A stretch of DNA of 64,000 bases, taken from the NCBI GenBank assembly GCA_903813345.2, contig CAIIXF020000001.1, positions 11,284,001 to 11,348,000 of the forward strand, written 5' to 3'. Position numbers and translations under genes: made by a program. Below the pieces are notes generated by a model, which searched no databases, had not been told where the DNA came from, and was given only the letters and a program-made list of their open reading frames with translations. Of this stretch, positions 1 through 13,995 are shown one piece after another (the stretch's first letter is position 1; each line of letters opens with the position of its first letter). This DNA is from Owenia fusiformis (lineage: Eukaryota).

Positions 1-3000
1 GGTATATCTGAAGTAGGTGTAGTCCAATGGCCTCTAGTGGTGTGCCTCATTGTGTCATGGGTAGTCATATTCTTCTGCCTCTGGAAGGGAGTCAAATCTA
101 TGGGCAAAGTAAGAGAAAATACATACATGTATCTTTGTAAAACACTTTAAAGATGAGACCAGTTTTATTGATTTTTGAAACTGCAGATTTTTTTTAACCC
201 ATTGTAAGTATCTGGATGGTGTCATACATTCTTTTCTGAAAAAGAGTAAAAATAAATTATTTTAATATTTTAGAGATTTTGAACAAATTATTTGATTATA
301 TTTGGCTAACTGAAAATATTTGTATTATATTTTCTATATTTCTCTTTTAATTACCATGTTTCAGGCTGTGTATTTTACTGCTGGGTTCCCCTATGTTGTG
401 CTTACTATACTGCTAGTACGTGGTGTCACTCTACCAGGGTCTATGGATGGAATCATCTACTACCTTAAGCCAGAGTGGAGTAAACTCAGTCAGCCACAGG
501 TAAGTCATAGGGAGGTTGAAATATATGTTTTCAAGAGAGGTAGAATTATGGTCCTTTACGGATTAGTTCTACCCTTCATCCTTCATAGTATTGACTCGCC
601 CAATTGAGTATAAAGGTTATAGGTCAAATAATTGTAATCAGCTCCCTTGAAAACCAATTGAGAGAGATGGGGACTGTATACTCCAGGATAATTAAAGTAC
701 AAGTTCATATACAAGATCTCTAAAAATGTGTAGCCTTATCTATCTAATAATAAAATATAGTAATATATTATACACATACTCAATCAAATTGAAGAAAGAT
801 TGATTTAAGGTAATTGATGACGTAACTTGGCTCCACGCAAAAGCATTTAAGCAATGATTTGACATGTGTTTGGCTTTAGGACACATGAATTCTGTGATAT
901 CGCACTGAGTTTTTAATTTGGAAGCATTAAATTAATTACGTGATTAACATTAAATATTGAAAAAATGTATTTTTGGAAGAGCAATAGTAAAAAAGGAAGT
1001 TGATGAAAGTTGATTTTTAAAGTTCGTGGCATAAATGTTGTTGTTCAGTACATTCTGTAAATCCTGTCGTTCTCTCATACCCAAATGGATCAAAATGTTT
1101 TCTAGTTTTTAATTGCAACATTACAGGTGTGGGGCGAAGCATGTGTGCAGATCTTCCTCTCTCTGGCCCTTGGAACAGGTGGCTGGGTCACACTGTCAAG
1201 TTACAACAAATACAGTAACAATTGTAGAAGGTATGAAGTGTGACTATGGACGCCTTATTTGCATGGAGAGCTTATATTAATTTTACTTCTTCAGTACACC
1301 ATTTACATTACCTGAGAAATGTAGATTGATTGAAACCACATGTTACGATTCTGTTTGGGATATCATTGGTTTGACAACTATTTGAATGGATTCACTTTTA
1401 AACTTTCTTTATGTGCCTTTATTGGAATCTATCAATATCTTATAGGTATTCCATAAAGTAACATCTCCAAGTAATATTGAACTTGAAGAATCCTGTTCAA
1501 TATTATTTAAATAACCTCAATATTATTGACATTTCAGGGATGCTATTATAGTTGCCATAGCAAACAGTGTCACAAGTCTCTACGCCGGGTTCGTCATCTT
1601 CAGTGTCCTTGGGTTCATGGCTTACAAAAAGGGAGTCAATGTTGCTGATGTGGCTGATGTTGGTAAGAAGTCTCTCTTCAAAATCTCTTGTCTCTGTATT
1701 ATGTTGACAGAAATAATTCATTTCTTGCATAAACATGTAGTGCAAATTCGCTGATTCTTTTAACAGGTGCACATAACCAAAACATTGTTAACCATAATAT
1801 GCAACCGTAAAAATCATCAGATGATAACATACTCTGGAATTATTAACATTACTCAATTTATCACATCAAAACTATGGCTCAGTTTCATAAAGGACCATAT
1901 GTTGTTTGTAGAATGAATCTTGGGAGCTTTTTCATGCATTTCGCTTGTGTTTTTCATCTAAAAAACATCAATACACTTTAAAACATTTCATGGACTATAA
2001 GATTACACCATAGAATCCTAAAAAATATTTCTCATTTTCAAGGATTATCTATGGATTAACACCCAGGTATTGTTATTTTTCAAACTTCAGATCTGGGAAT
2101 CATTATTACGATCATTTTTTAATAATATTAATGCTGTTTTAAATAGGTTTCATGTATGCCAATAATTTCTCAAATTGCTTAAATGGTACCCCATCCTTAA
2201 TCCCAAGAATTTTCTCTTTGAGTAATTTCCCATAGTAATCCAATGGTATAGTTCCAAGCAGATTTTGAGATAACAGGAAAGTAAATCATTAATACACACC
2301 TTATTGGCTTGTTTTGGTTTATATCACAAGCCAATGAGGTGTGTATTAATCATTAACTTTAACTTGATAAAAGTTAATATTGCATTTATTTTGATTGTAG
2401 GGCCTGGTCTTGCCTTTGTTGCATACCCTGAAGGCCTAGCCATGATGCCCGGTGCACCTTTCTGGTCCATATGTTTCTTTGTTACCATGTTCACTGTCGG
2501 CCTTGATAGCTTGGTAGGTACCTTCATCTGTTGTAATATTCAATTTACTTATATATTAAATTATTTCTATTTCTACATTAAATTTTAGTTCTCTGTATTA
2601 AAGTAAAACTTTGTTTAAGGAGTGCAGCCAGCTGGTGAAAATATTAGTACTGCCAGTTGCAGTACAACGTTCATATATTCAATTAATCGATTATCCATCA
2701 ATGCTCAATGGAGGTAAAGTCATTACCTCAAATCCTGCTTAGATTTCGTATAAAAGTAAATGTGTTGTTGCCATTCCAGTTCACTCAGGTAGAAACCATC
2801 ATCTGTGCCTTGGTGGATGAGTTCCCTAAACTGAAAGAAAAGAGAAAGATTGTTACATTAGTTTTCTGTGTCATACTTATGCTGCTGGGAATCCCCCTAG
2901 TCACTCAGGTAGGAGAATCTACATAAACCAGGTAGTGGATAACTTGTCAATATTATCAGTAATCTCTCCAGCATTAAAGCAAAAGGGCGCTGCATCTACT

Positions 3001-5917
3001 TGAGATTCACTTGAAAATGTGAAATAAGAATTTTGCAACCACTTTGGTAAAAAATTCTGATTATCATTATGTGTCACACAAATGTGCTTATATCAAAGCA
3101 ATGGATCGTGTAAACATAGTGTCTTTGTTGTATAACTTATTGAAGCTACTCTTGAATTGAGTTTTAGCTTGTGCTTGAGAGTGCAACTTTTGGCTGTCGG
3201 CTACTGGACTAACCTACTATCTTATGGGCAACTCATTTAGATATGAAAAGCACCTGCCACTATTTCATTCATATGTAAATGAGTAGGTCATAGAATTGTT
3301 GGTTAATTCAGTAGCCAACGGCTGAAAGTTGCATTTTCAAATACTAGCTAAGTTGAAAACCTACAGTTTTAAAGAACTGAGAACATTTGCAGAACTGCTC
3401 CTTGTTTGGTGTAAAATAAACAAAGGGCTGTTAAAAGTTATCGAAGAAATCTCAAAATATCCTTTTACATGTTTTTCGACATTCTTCATTTTCTTTATCT
3501 GAAAATTGGAAATAAAATGTTCACAAATATTATTATAAAAAATAATTCAATGAACTCAAAGTAGAACTTTGAAAATAATTGCTGTCAAACCTGAATATAG
3601 TGAACACTTATGGAGCCACCAAAAAGTGTTCGCTGTAGGTAGGTGTTCATTACAGAATGGGAGTTTTGTATGAAGTCAATGTAAAATGTGTCTTGAGAAG
3701 GGTTCATTGAGAAAGGTTGTACTATATGTGATTGATACTTTCCAGGGAGGCATATATATTGTGACATTGATGGATTGGTATGTTCCCCTGTTCTCCCTTG
3801 CTTTCATCTCATTAACTGAAATCTTGGTGCTCAACTTTTTCTATGGTAAGTAAAATAAATATTTATATTTAAGATTATTCAGAATGTACATTACATTACA
3901 TAAAATGAAATGAAATTACAAAAATAGTTTTGATGTATAAGTGCAATATTAACAAACCAATCATGATATTGAAGGTAAAAAAGGGATCATTTGATAGTTT
4001 GAACTTTTCATACACATGTAATGGTCATTATATGATTTTATATCACCACCCCAAGTGGTCATAGTCTCCAAACTTTTTTTGGGATTGCAGTTGGTGTTCA
4101 GCTTTTGATTTTTGGCAGTTCTCGTCTTTTACATGGCATTTGTAACAAATGACAGGTAGTGACATTTTGTATGTTAATGCCTTATTACTTTGATACAAGA
4201 CATATGCCTTTCTGCTTTCAGGGTATAAGAAATTTGGAGAGGACATAAAGACTATGATAGGTTTTGGCCCAAACTATTATGATCTATTCTGTTGGTTGAT
4301 TGCTACTCCAATCTTACTTCTGGTGAGTCATGAAATTTATTAATGCAGCAAATTGGTCCCTGTCTTTAGGGTCATTTATCAAATTGACAATTTTAAATCA
4401 CTTGTATGAAATTAGAATTTTTAAGGCAACTTGTAGATAATTTTGAAATTGGCAGCTTGGTTTATTGTCGCCACCCAAAAGAGGGAACATATTGTTAAAC
4501 TACCTTTTTGAGGACTGGCATTCAGTTGTTGGTGTTGTTACAGATTGTTACACTTTTGTAACTATTTGCAGTAACTCACCATGTGATGACATCTTTTCCT
4601 GTGTTTAATATGATATGTTTACACATCTAATGGATGATACAGACAAATAATGAAAGTGCCCATTAATAGTTATATTCAGCAAAGTTTGGATTTTTTTTTA
4701 AATTGACAATTTTAGGATAACAGGAGCATTGTTTATTGAACAGCCCTTGTATTAAATACACATAGGTTATTTACTGGGAGGGATTGAATATGGGTTTTAT
4801 TTTGAGGGACAATATGATATTGACCGAAGGGTAATATGATATTTACCAAGGGAATAAATGTACCTATTAGTACCACTATGAAATCTAAGGTTATTTTCTT
4901 TATTTCAGCTGATAGTTATCTTCATAGCTGTTAACTATAAAGCACCTTACTATGGTGACTATTCATTTCCTGGTTGGGCCAATGACATTGGCTGGTGTCT
5001 TGCCTTCATTCCCTGTACCATAGTGCCCATTGTGATGGCTGTCATATTTCTAAGGGCAGTAAGAAACTGGGAGGTATGCTTATTATGATTGCATTATTGG
5101 TTTCTGGTTATTTTAAAATAAATCTGCAAGCTATTTAACCCAAAAATACAGATATGAATCATGTGATGAGACAGAGTTTGAAAGTTCAGTAGACACCACA
5201 AGTGCAAATTGCATATTGAGTTTTTAACTGAGAATAAACTCTGAGATAACATAAATTGCATAAAATATTTAGAATATGGAAGAAAACAATTTGAATAAAT
5301 GTAGGTATTTCTATAAATTATCAAAAAATGTCTAGAGCTATAATCTTGATTTGAACCTTCCTAAATACATATTGGGACGATCCTATCCAATGACTAAATT
5401 ATTCCATTGGTGTATTTATGGAATACATTCTCACCAAATAATTCCACTTAAGACACAATGGCTGACATAATGGACTGAACGAGTCAAATTTGCATTATGT
5501 TTAATTATACTTTGCAGACATTTGTAGCAGTATTTCGTGGTGAGCAAGGGCCACTGTTAAGATCGCTTATAACTCCAATGCCTGACTGGGGCCCCGCTGT
5601 GCCTGAGGACAGAAACAAGAGGTACACTGGTACAATTTTACATTATGCCATGTACTTTATATAGTTGATGTCAGTATAATAGATTTATAGATTTGGCCTT
5701 CATATCAGTATTAGATAAGTTCTGTACAAATCAGCATAATTATGGGGATTTCTGTTATTGAAAGTTATACTAAATTTTATGTGTGAGTTTTTTATTCTGT
5801 TTCATCTGGGAACAATTTACTACAAAATTTTATATTTGTTACAGATACGAAAAGCAGGAAAACAAGAATCGAGATGCTGAGCAGGGGGCGCCACTAGTGG
5901 TAGAAAGTCCCATATAA
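1..5917 (+). CDS. SLC6 (sodium:neurotransmitter symporter) family Na+/Cl- dependent transporter, 3' part; 5' exons lie outside the window
   Basis: Phase-consistent GT-AG exons: 1-108, 365-499, 1127-1230, 1538-1662, 2401-2513, 2780-2908, 3746-3845, 4222-4322, 4909-5073, 5518-5621, 5845-5917 (TAA). The translation shows SLC6 hallmarks: [107 protein letters not shown]. It ends ...VESPI*. Confidence 0.95.
3163..3352. mobile_element. Small foldback/MITE-like inverted repeat in an SLC6 intron
   Basis: tgcaacttttggctgtcggctactggactaacc (~3183-3213) pairs imperfectly with ggttaattcagtagccaacggctgaaagttgca (3301-3333). The arms extend outward. No TSD identified. Confidence 0.5.
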
Positions 5918-7097
5918 GGAAGGATAATAACGGGGGACAGTCATAAAAGAAATATTTTCAATAGAGGGCTTTAACTACAGCTGAAGATGCTTCTTTGAGG
6001 ATAGTATATGTGTCCTCACCAGTCATGATTGTTTCATCTTGATGAGCATTGGAGACATCATTTTGGTCGTAGCATTTGTGGAAGTCAAAGTTGTTTGGCT
6101 GAATATATCTCAATCGGGTTGTTGAATGGAGATCATCATTATTTAGTCTCAAGAACTTATAATCAGCAATTAAACAAAGTATTACTGTAAATTGATATAT
6201 TACATCATTACTTATGGATGGCCTTCAGAATTACTTTAAAGGCCTATTTAATCATTCTTAGGTCTTGTTCATCAAAAGCTTCCTCTGGGAGTTTATTTTG
6301 CTCAAAGTTATCGTAAATAACGGCTCTTTAAAATAGACTATTGTCTTATCGTGAATACTGGTATAAAGATGAACAACTTGTAATTAGTTTAGAAAAAACC
6401 TGAGGCAGCTATTGTGAATATGTCCATGTGTATTCTCTTTGATATTTCTCTGAACGGACTGTTATAAATGTCTGTGTTTGGATAAATTGGGCTTTGTTAT
6501 GTTGACACTTGATCCAGTCATCCATGATTCATTGTCATTATCATAATATATTGGATCTAATTGATCTAGATTACTGGTCTGCATTACTGGTTCTGCATCC
6601 TTGATCTGGTATCAAAAATCTTTATCTCACTTTAGATCATTGTTTTTTTTTTGATTTTCAAGTTGATCACTTCAAATCATTTACGTAATCTGATCCAGAT
6701 CATTCATGTAGTCTCAATCGAGATCCTTCAGCTGATCCTTGTCCATGTAGGTGCTTGATCTGATCACATTGTATCTTATATTACGCCATGCTTTTCTTGG
6801 TATTTGTAAATAATAACAGTGTTCTTCATAGTATTAGAGTTGCACCCAATTGAAACTCAAAATTACATGCCATCTTTTTGAAAATCTGTTTGCACTCTTT
6901 CAAGGATGAACTGCTGGCATATTTTGGCCAAAACAGGCAAAATTAGGATTAAGAACCCAGTCGAGAAAAACCTGGGGAGATTTCTGAGTGGTGCATTTCT
7001 GTGTGGTTGGTGCATAATATACTTCTATTGCCAATTATACTGTATTATGGGTCTTGGTACTGTTTGTAAGCATCGATGCTAATATGTTCAATGCATA

Positions 7098-7158
7098 CAA
7101 ACTTGCAGTTATATCAAATAGAGTAAAAACTTGCAGTTATATCAAATAGAGTAAAAAC
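7098..7158. repeat. Tandem duplication of a 28-bp unit
   Basis: aaacttgcagttatatcaaatagagtaa occurs twice in tandem. Confidence 0.8.
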
Positions 7159-9472
7159 CTGCCTTGCTGAACACCTGTAATCTTTGAAAATCTCATTCAA
7201 TTCTGCAGTGTCAATACTAGGGGAAGGTGTTCACAATGGAAGGTTTTACTGTATTGTCTCAGAGGCATGACACTAAAATGTAAACATTTACATGCACAAA
7301 AATATACTTTTGACCAGTATATATTGAATAATCCTGTATATGGTTTTAACGTGACATGTATATGTTTGTATTGTAAAGCTTGCTGTATATTTGATGAAAC
7401 GGTTTTAAATGTTGAGTGTACAATATTTCATAATAGAGCTAGATGAAGAATCTCAATTCTACCCTTCTGTATCCTTTCAAGAGTTTATTTCCATGCATAT
7501 TAACAAAGTTAGATTTAAAGAGTATTTTTTATTTTTAAATGACCCCGTTGTGATACATATGCAATATGCATAAAATATTTTGTATGTATGATATTTTAGA
7601 TTATTATAAACGCAAGATATGGACTTTTTCAAATCCATGTTTATTTTCACATGAAATGTGCCATGACTTAAAGTTCAACTTCATTCAATAGAGTACTATG
7701 ATGAATTTAGGCAGCATTTAGGTGCGGTTGACTTATTTATTCCTTTAAATAAATGTGTCAACCAGCACAATTATTAAAACAAATGTTGTAGATTCCAGGC
7801 TTTCACAGGTCTATGTAGAGATTTGAGAAATGATACAGTTCTGAATATTTTTATAACAATTCAATTTTTTTTTCATTTGCAGATGTTGAAAAATAAATAT
7901 TTGCCAGTGTTAGATTCTCAGGCATTAATATTGTTATTCTTATTACCTCAAACATATGAAATTGTGAAAATGTAAACTGATACATTGGAGATTATAGCTT
8001 GAAGACTATATAGCTTTTGGAATAATTGTTGCTTATTCTCGTATAACTGCTGTACCAAAATTAATAAAGAATAACTAGTTTATTGGAAAATCAATGATTG
8101 TCGTGGAAGGTATGTTGAAAATAGTTAAAATTGAATTCTTCAATTATACTATAGAATCATGTATGTATTTAACAAACATCAGAGGGACTGAGTCAAGTTA
8201 TCAATTGTTTTCTGTGAAAGTAATTTAATACGATGATGCATTTTACCCTCCACAGATGAAAATTACTTCCGTGCACACAATTGATAATTGACCCAACACC
8301 TTGTGCATCCGTATTTCTATTTTCAAGTGTAAATGTAGATTCAATGAAGACCACGTGGATGAGTAATAAGTATGATTAAATGAATTATCAGTTATGAATT
8401 CATGGGGGAAGGGGGAGGTGTTATGGAATAAAAGTGTCTGGAATAGAAAAGACTATTATTTCTGAGCTGTATATAGGACTAGGTTTATAGAGTGGTTTGT
8501 GTTCTGTTGCCAACTCATGGGCAGCTATTGATATTTTATGATTTTAGTTTTGAACAGTTAACAATGAAACCAAGCCCAACCCTTTGTTTAAAAAGGAAAT
8601 AGGATAGAATGGGATAGGTTAATGAATTATTTTATTGTATAATATTCAAGATATAATTCATCAAAGTTTAGTCAAAATCTCATATCCTGATATTCAGTGA
8701 GAGTGTGAATGAATTCAAGGCAAGCTTTATAAGTACAGTACACAAAAATCTGTAAAGATATATTTTTACTTAACTTGTATTTTATGAAATCAGGTACTTG
8801 AGAGCTAATCATAAGTTTTTGAAGAGATTGTCTCAAAGAAAACTAAATTCTACACATTTCCATTTTGTATTCACTCCTTTTTAAAGAGACTTTTAGAAAA
8901 TGCTACACCCATCCACCCACTTGCAAAACAAAATTGGAAAATGTAGAATTTAGTTTGAAACAATATAATATGAGATGGTGTCTTATTTGTAACACATTCA
9001 GAATAATGCAGTATGTACATTGTTTGCGCATGACGCATTATATCTTGTACATGTGTACACATATATTGTAAATAAATCATGCAGTAATGCAGGTTATCTC
9101 CTCTTTATAGTCATAAAATGACTCATTTCCCGCGTAAAGTGTGCTTGTATTGTACATATGATGTATGTTTGTATGAAATATTAGCCATTTAATACTATCA
9201 ACCTACTGGGTCTGCCAGGGCCATAGGGAGGGACACCAGTGTCGTCACAATTCCTAACTCCTGCATATTTGTATCCTCATAATACTCGAGTTGCTACAGA
9301 GTTACATTGTCTTTTCCGGGGCGGATCTGAAAACTAATGTCGGAAGTGACGTGAAGTCTGAAAATAATATTTTGGGAAATTATGGAAATTTAAGGCCCAT
9401 TTTCTTGGTAATTTGGGTGTAAGATTGAACAATAGGCCACTGTAATGCCCAAAAAGGCACTATGCTTTCAGT

Positions 9473-11197
9473 TAGGGGTGGGACGATGACCCGATGAGTC
9501 GATTCCCCGCGGGTTGAGGCCTTCGGGTTGACCCGAATCGACTCCTCTAGTTGAGGAGTCGACTCGTTCGGGTTGAAAATGATGATAACTTCCGGTTTAT
9601 AATTCCAGGCAATTTTTGGTATCTAAACTGTAGATTTCAAGGCTTTCTTTCATGATCTAGCCCATCTATGTGTTTATATTAGATATTACAAATGTCCTGA
9701 GTATTATTAATGTAATAACATTACTTGTTAGTATGTAATGCTTGGAATGATTAGAAATTATAAACTTACGTTAGACTTGTTTTGTTTTCTTTTTGGTGAT
9801 TAATTTACGAACGAAAATAAAATGACGTTCGTTATTTTATCTTTATTATTAATGTATGTTGTCATTCCCTGTGAGAAATTTTCTATGTTTTATGAGTAAA
9901 CAATTGTATATTATCCCCCCGAATACAAATATATGACAGGTAAAACGATAATAATGGGAACAAACTCCGACTTTTTTGTTCTGTTACGAAAGTTCTACAC
10001 GTTCGTTAAATGTCTAATATACGAACGACCACAGGCTTTTGTGTTCGGTATTTGTTTTTAGATCTTAAATAAAAGTTGTTGAAATTTGTGCTTTCTATCA
10101 GATTATATCCGAATTCTTTTCGACTCAAATACTTTAGAGTGTTTCTAGTATGAAAACTATGAGATAAATCACTGATTTATTGATAATCGTAAGTGTTGGG
10201 TGTGTTGTTGCAAACGCGCCGGTCGTTCGTAGATATATGCCTGTTCAGCAAAAAAGAACATGCCTAAATCGCTTCTTCTAAAAAATCCTCCAGCCTCTCT
10301 CAAGGCACCAATTTGGCTGCATTTCGGGTTCCATCCCATCAAAAAGGACCATGTCGTTTGCCGGATGTGTCATCGGGAGTACGGTTATAATCATGGTAAG
10401 CATGAAAATGCTAAAATAAAAACCAATTTTATTTTTTTGAAGATTTTTAATTTTTGCCTATAGAGTCAGTACGTCTATTTCCAAACACCCCCATCAAAAA
10501 ATGTAGTTAACTTGGCTGTACTGCACATCTATGCTATGATTCTATATATATCATGTGTATTATCCACTGTAGAATGCATTTGCAGAAAAAATTACGAAAA
10601 ATTGTAAAAAATATCTGGGTTATTCCATTTTTACTACAAGGTATTTTAGGGGGGTAATTCCGTACAGGAGTTTTTTGGGGGGTAAATCCGAACACTTGCA
10701 TGGGGGTAATTCCAAACACTTAACTTCAACTTAATTGTTTTAATTATTAGATTGATGGTATATCATTATATGATACCCTTAACTCTGATACTGGATCCTG
10801 TCACCCCTGCATATCAAGAAACACAAATTTAAATCATTTATTACTGACATCTATTTATTTAAACGCACAGAGTTTGTGGGGGTAATTCCAAACACTAGCA
10901 TGGGGGTAATTCCGAACACCTAAATCATCATAATTGATTATTTTATTGTAAGATTGTTGGTATACATCATTATATTGTATCTTTCAGGCTATAAATATTA
11001 TGTAGAGGTAGTAGAGGTACTATTATTCAATTCAATAATCTGCTTGCCATTATTTGGAACCCGTTCGTGTTTACCCCCCTGTTTGGATTTGGACGTATTG
11101 ACTCTATAACCCGACCCGAGTCGGAACTCGAATCGGATTTCTCTGGCCCGACCCGACCCGGACCCGAATCGTGCCATTTCGACCCGTCCCATCCCTA
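9473..11197 (+). mobile_element. Non-autonomous hAT-superfamily DNA transposon with a BED zinc-finger remnant
   Basis: TIRs TAGGGGTGGGACG / CGTCCCATCCCTA. Perfect 8-bp TSD ctttcagt (9465-9472 and 11198-11205). Subterminal acccga/gtcga repeats. The internal ORF 10260-10463 has a BED-finger-like start (APIWLHFGF...VVCRMCHREYGY). No DDE domain seen. Confidence 0.9.
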
Positions 11198-12755
11198 CTT
11201 TCAGTCATAAGTATTGATTAGTTTTAGATGATCTGATAAAAAAACATTATACAGGTTGATTTGTATGTAAATCTTAGGCTAAGTTCAAAAATCAAAGAAA
11301 GGGCCAGGTTGATTTTGGTGATGGTATAACTTGGCTCAAATATTTTCTATCCTTACTGTCAATGTTTACAAGAAGTCATATTGATATTTTTTGTTGATGT
11401 AAGTCAAAAAGAGTATGTAATAGTTTCTTTTATTACATACAGATATTAAGAATTGATACTTTTTTGCAAATATAGTCTTCCTTTTGCTTTTCCTTTTCTC
11501 ACCAAGGAAAATATTTTTGAAAAATGACAGCTGATAAATAATTATATATTTTTGTGTGTTATGTAATTTGAATCTCCGAGATCATAATTTGTTTGCTATT
11601 TGTTGGCTTATCTTTGCCTTATTTGAATACACAATGTATCAAAACTTGTACAACTGAAACTATGTATTTGAGATGGCTAATTTTCACATATATTTGCCGA
11701 ACTAGTCTCTGCAGGATTTGGTGTACAATATGATTTTTTGAGATTGTACATATACTGGATGCTGAAGACACTTCTATTAAATGACAGCATTATCTCTTAC
11801 TTGTATAGTTTATAAATAGGGTTAAGGGTCTTTAGCTTCAAGTCCATGTAGTATATACCGTTAAACATAATACAATGATACAAATAAAGTATGGTTTGTA
11901 AAAATATTTTCATCGAGTTTTGTTTGTGTATTTATTATTGAATCTGAAGTATTTCATAACCTAAATCAAAGTTTTTGTCATGAGTTTTTTTTGGATGCAA
12001 AATATCTGTTATTTACATATGTAGATAACATTTCAAGAGAACATTGACGCCTCTGGCTTTTATATGTAAAACCAGAATAACCAGAAATACATTGACTCCC
12101 ATATGTCTATATACTATATAGTAACCAGGTCAGCTTGAAAATAGTGTGTTATGTAATCAAATGAGATCCCTCTGTTGACTCAGAAAACACTATTATTACC
12201 ATAAAAGTTAAACTGAAACTGGTGGTTTAACTTGAATTCTATTCAGATCTCCATGTATTTTTACAATATATAAGACTTTTTGAGTAGACTTGAAGTTTGC
12301 GAAAGATTTGCATTTGTACATGTATATTCTCATTTCTGAGGTGGACTTTCTGTTGCTCTGTCAAAGCTGCAGAGTGTGTTTGTGGAATGATATCCTATAA
12401 TCCTCAAATGAAATAAATGCAACATGTTAAGCAGAAAGACAAACATAGCTAAGATTTTAATATTTATTTAATATTGAGCAGTGATATAATGAACTGAGAC
12501 GATTCACAACAGATAAATGAATTATATGGCCTCTAAAAATATCAGATCAAATATTCTTCATGTCAATTTTCAAATTTGACAGAAAAAATGAGCAAAATTG
12601 AATTCAAAAGCGTAACCAAAACTTTATAGAAAATTATTTATTCAGATGTTTTTAAACTGATGATGAAGTACACTAGGAGTATGATACTGATCCTATGAGC
12701 TTAAATATGACTCCATTAATTTTAGATTTTGGCTACACCCTTTGAAATCATTGTA

Positions 12756-13656
12756 CAGGGTGTTCAAAAAAACGCAACCCAAAGAAATCGCTATATCTTG
12801 GAAAATACTCATCCAATTACGTTCATATTTTCAGGAAAGAAAGAGGAGACTGTGTATGTATAGCCCCTGTTGTTAGTTAGTTGTAAAACATGATGTCTTG
12901 GACACTTGCTCAAAAGACAGTTTTACTAGCAAAATACGAAAAACGCGAATGGAAAATCACTATATCTTCGAAAATACTAATTCAATAATGTTCATTTTTT
13001 CAGGAAAAGAAAGAAGAGACTGTGTATGTATAGCTCCTGTTGTCAGTAAGTTGTAAAACATGATGCCTTGGACACCTGCTCAAATGACAGTTGTTCTAGG
13101 AAAACATGAAAACGCAGTCACAGGTGACTGCCACAGCAATAAAACCAAATAACTTTCTAACCATGGTGTTTTGGCACTTCAGATTTGGCATAACTTATCC
13201 TCATTCAATGTGTGGTGAATTTGTGGAGTTTAATCAAAATCACTCCAGGGACTTTACAGTCATGGTCAAAATGCCTTCTTAAGTCTCCCTGAACCAGGGC
13301 GTTTGACTGCGATTTGAAAGCATTTCAACCATAACTGTGAAGTCCCTGAAGTGATTTTGATTTCACTCTACAGATTTACCATACAGTAAATGAAGTTTTG
13401 AAGAGCCAAAACACTATGGTTAGAAAGTTATTTAATTTTTTAAGGTTGCAGTCACCCCTTACTGCGTTTTTCGTATTTTCCTAGAACAACTGTCTTTTGA
13501 GCAGGTGTCCAAGGCATCATGTTTTACAACTAACCATTTACAGGAGCTATACATACAGAGTCTCTTCTTTATTTCCTGAAAATATGAACATAATTGAACC
13601 AGTATTTTTCAAGATATAGCGATTTCTTTGGGTTGCGTTTTTTTTTGAACACCCTG
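12756..13656. mobile_element. Tc1/mariner-type foldback MITE
   Basis: TA|cagggtgttcaaaaaaacgcaacccaaagaaatcgctatatcttg ... caagatatagcgatttctttgggttgcgtttttttttgaacaccctg|TA. The arms are inverted over most of the length, and the left arm has an internal ~170-bp duplication. Confidence 0.9.
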
Positions 13657-13995
13657 TACTTTACATCATATATAGGAGTCTAATGAGAGCATGAGTAAGT
13701 TTAAACATTCATCTGAGAATTCTTCCATGGAGTATTCATAAGACATTCATAGTTCAAATGTCGGCCAAATGTCACAAAATGATCCATGTGACCATGTCAA
13801 TACTGCATAAGTTCCATATCTCACACTTGATTGAGAATAAGCCAATACATCCCATCCTCTGAAAACAGAGCTACAAACTTGTAGATATTCTTGATCCTAG
13901 AGCTCTGGGGTCAGAGAATGATACAGTCTTCATGCTAACAGAGACTGCAAAATATTCCATATTGCTCTTTATCAAAATGTTAGTGATATATTCTA

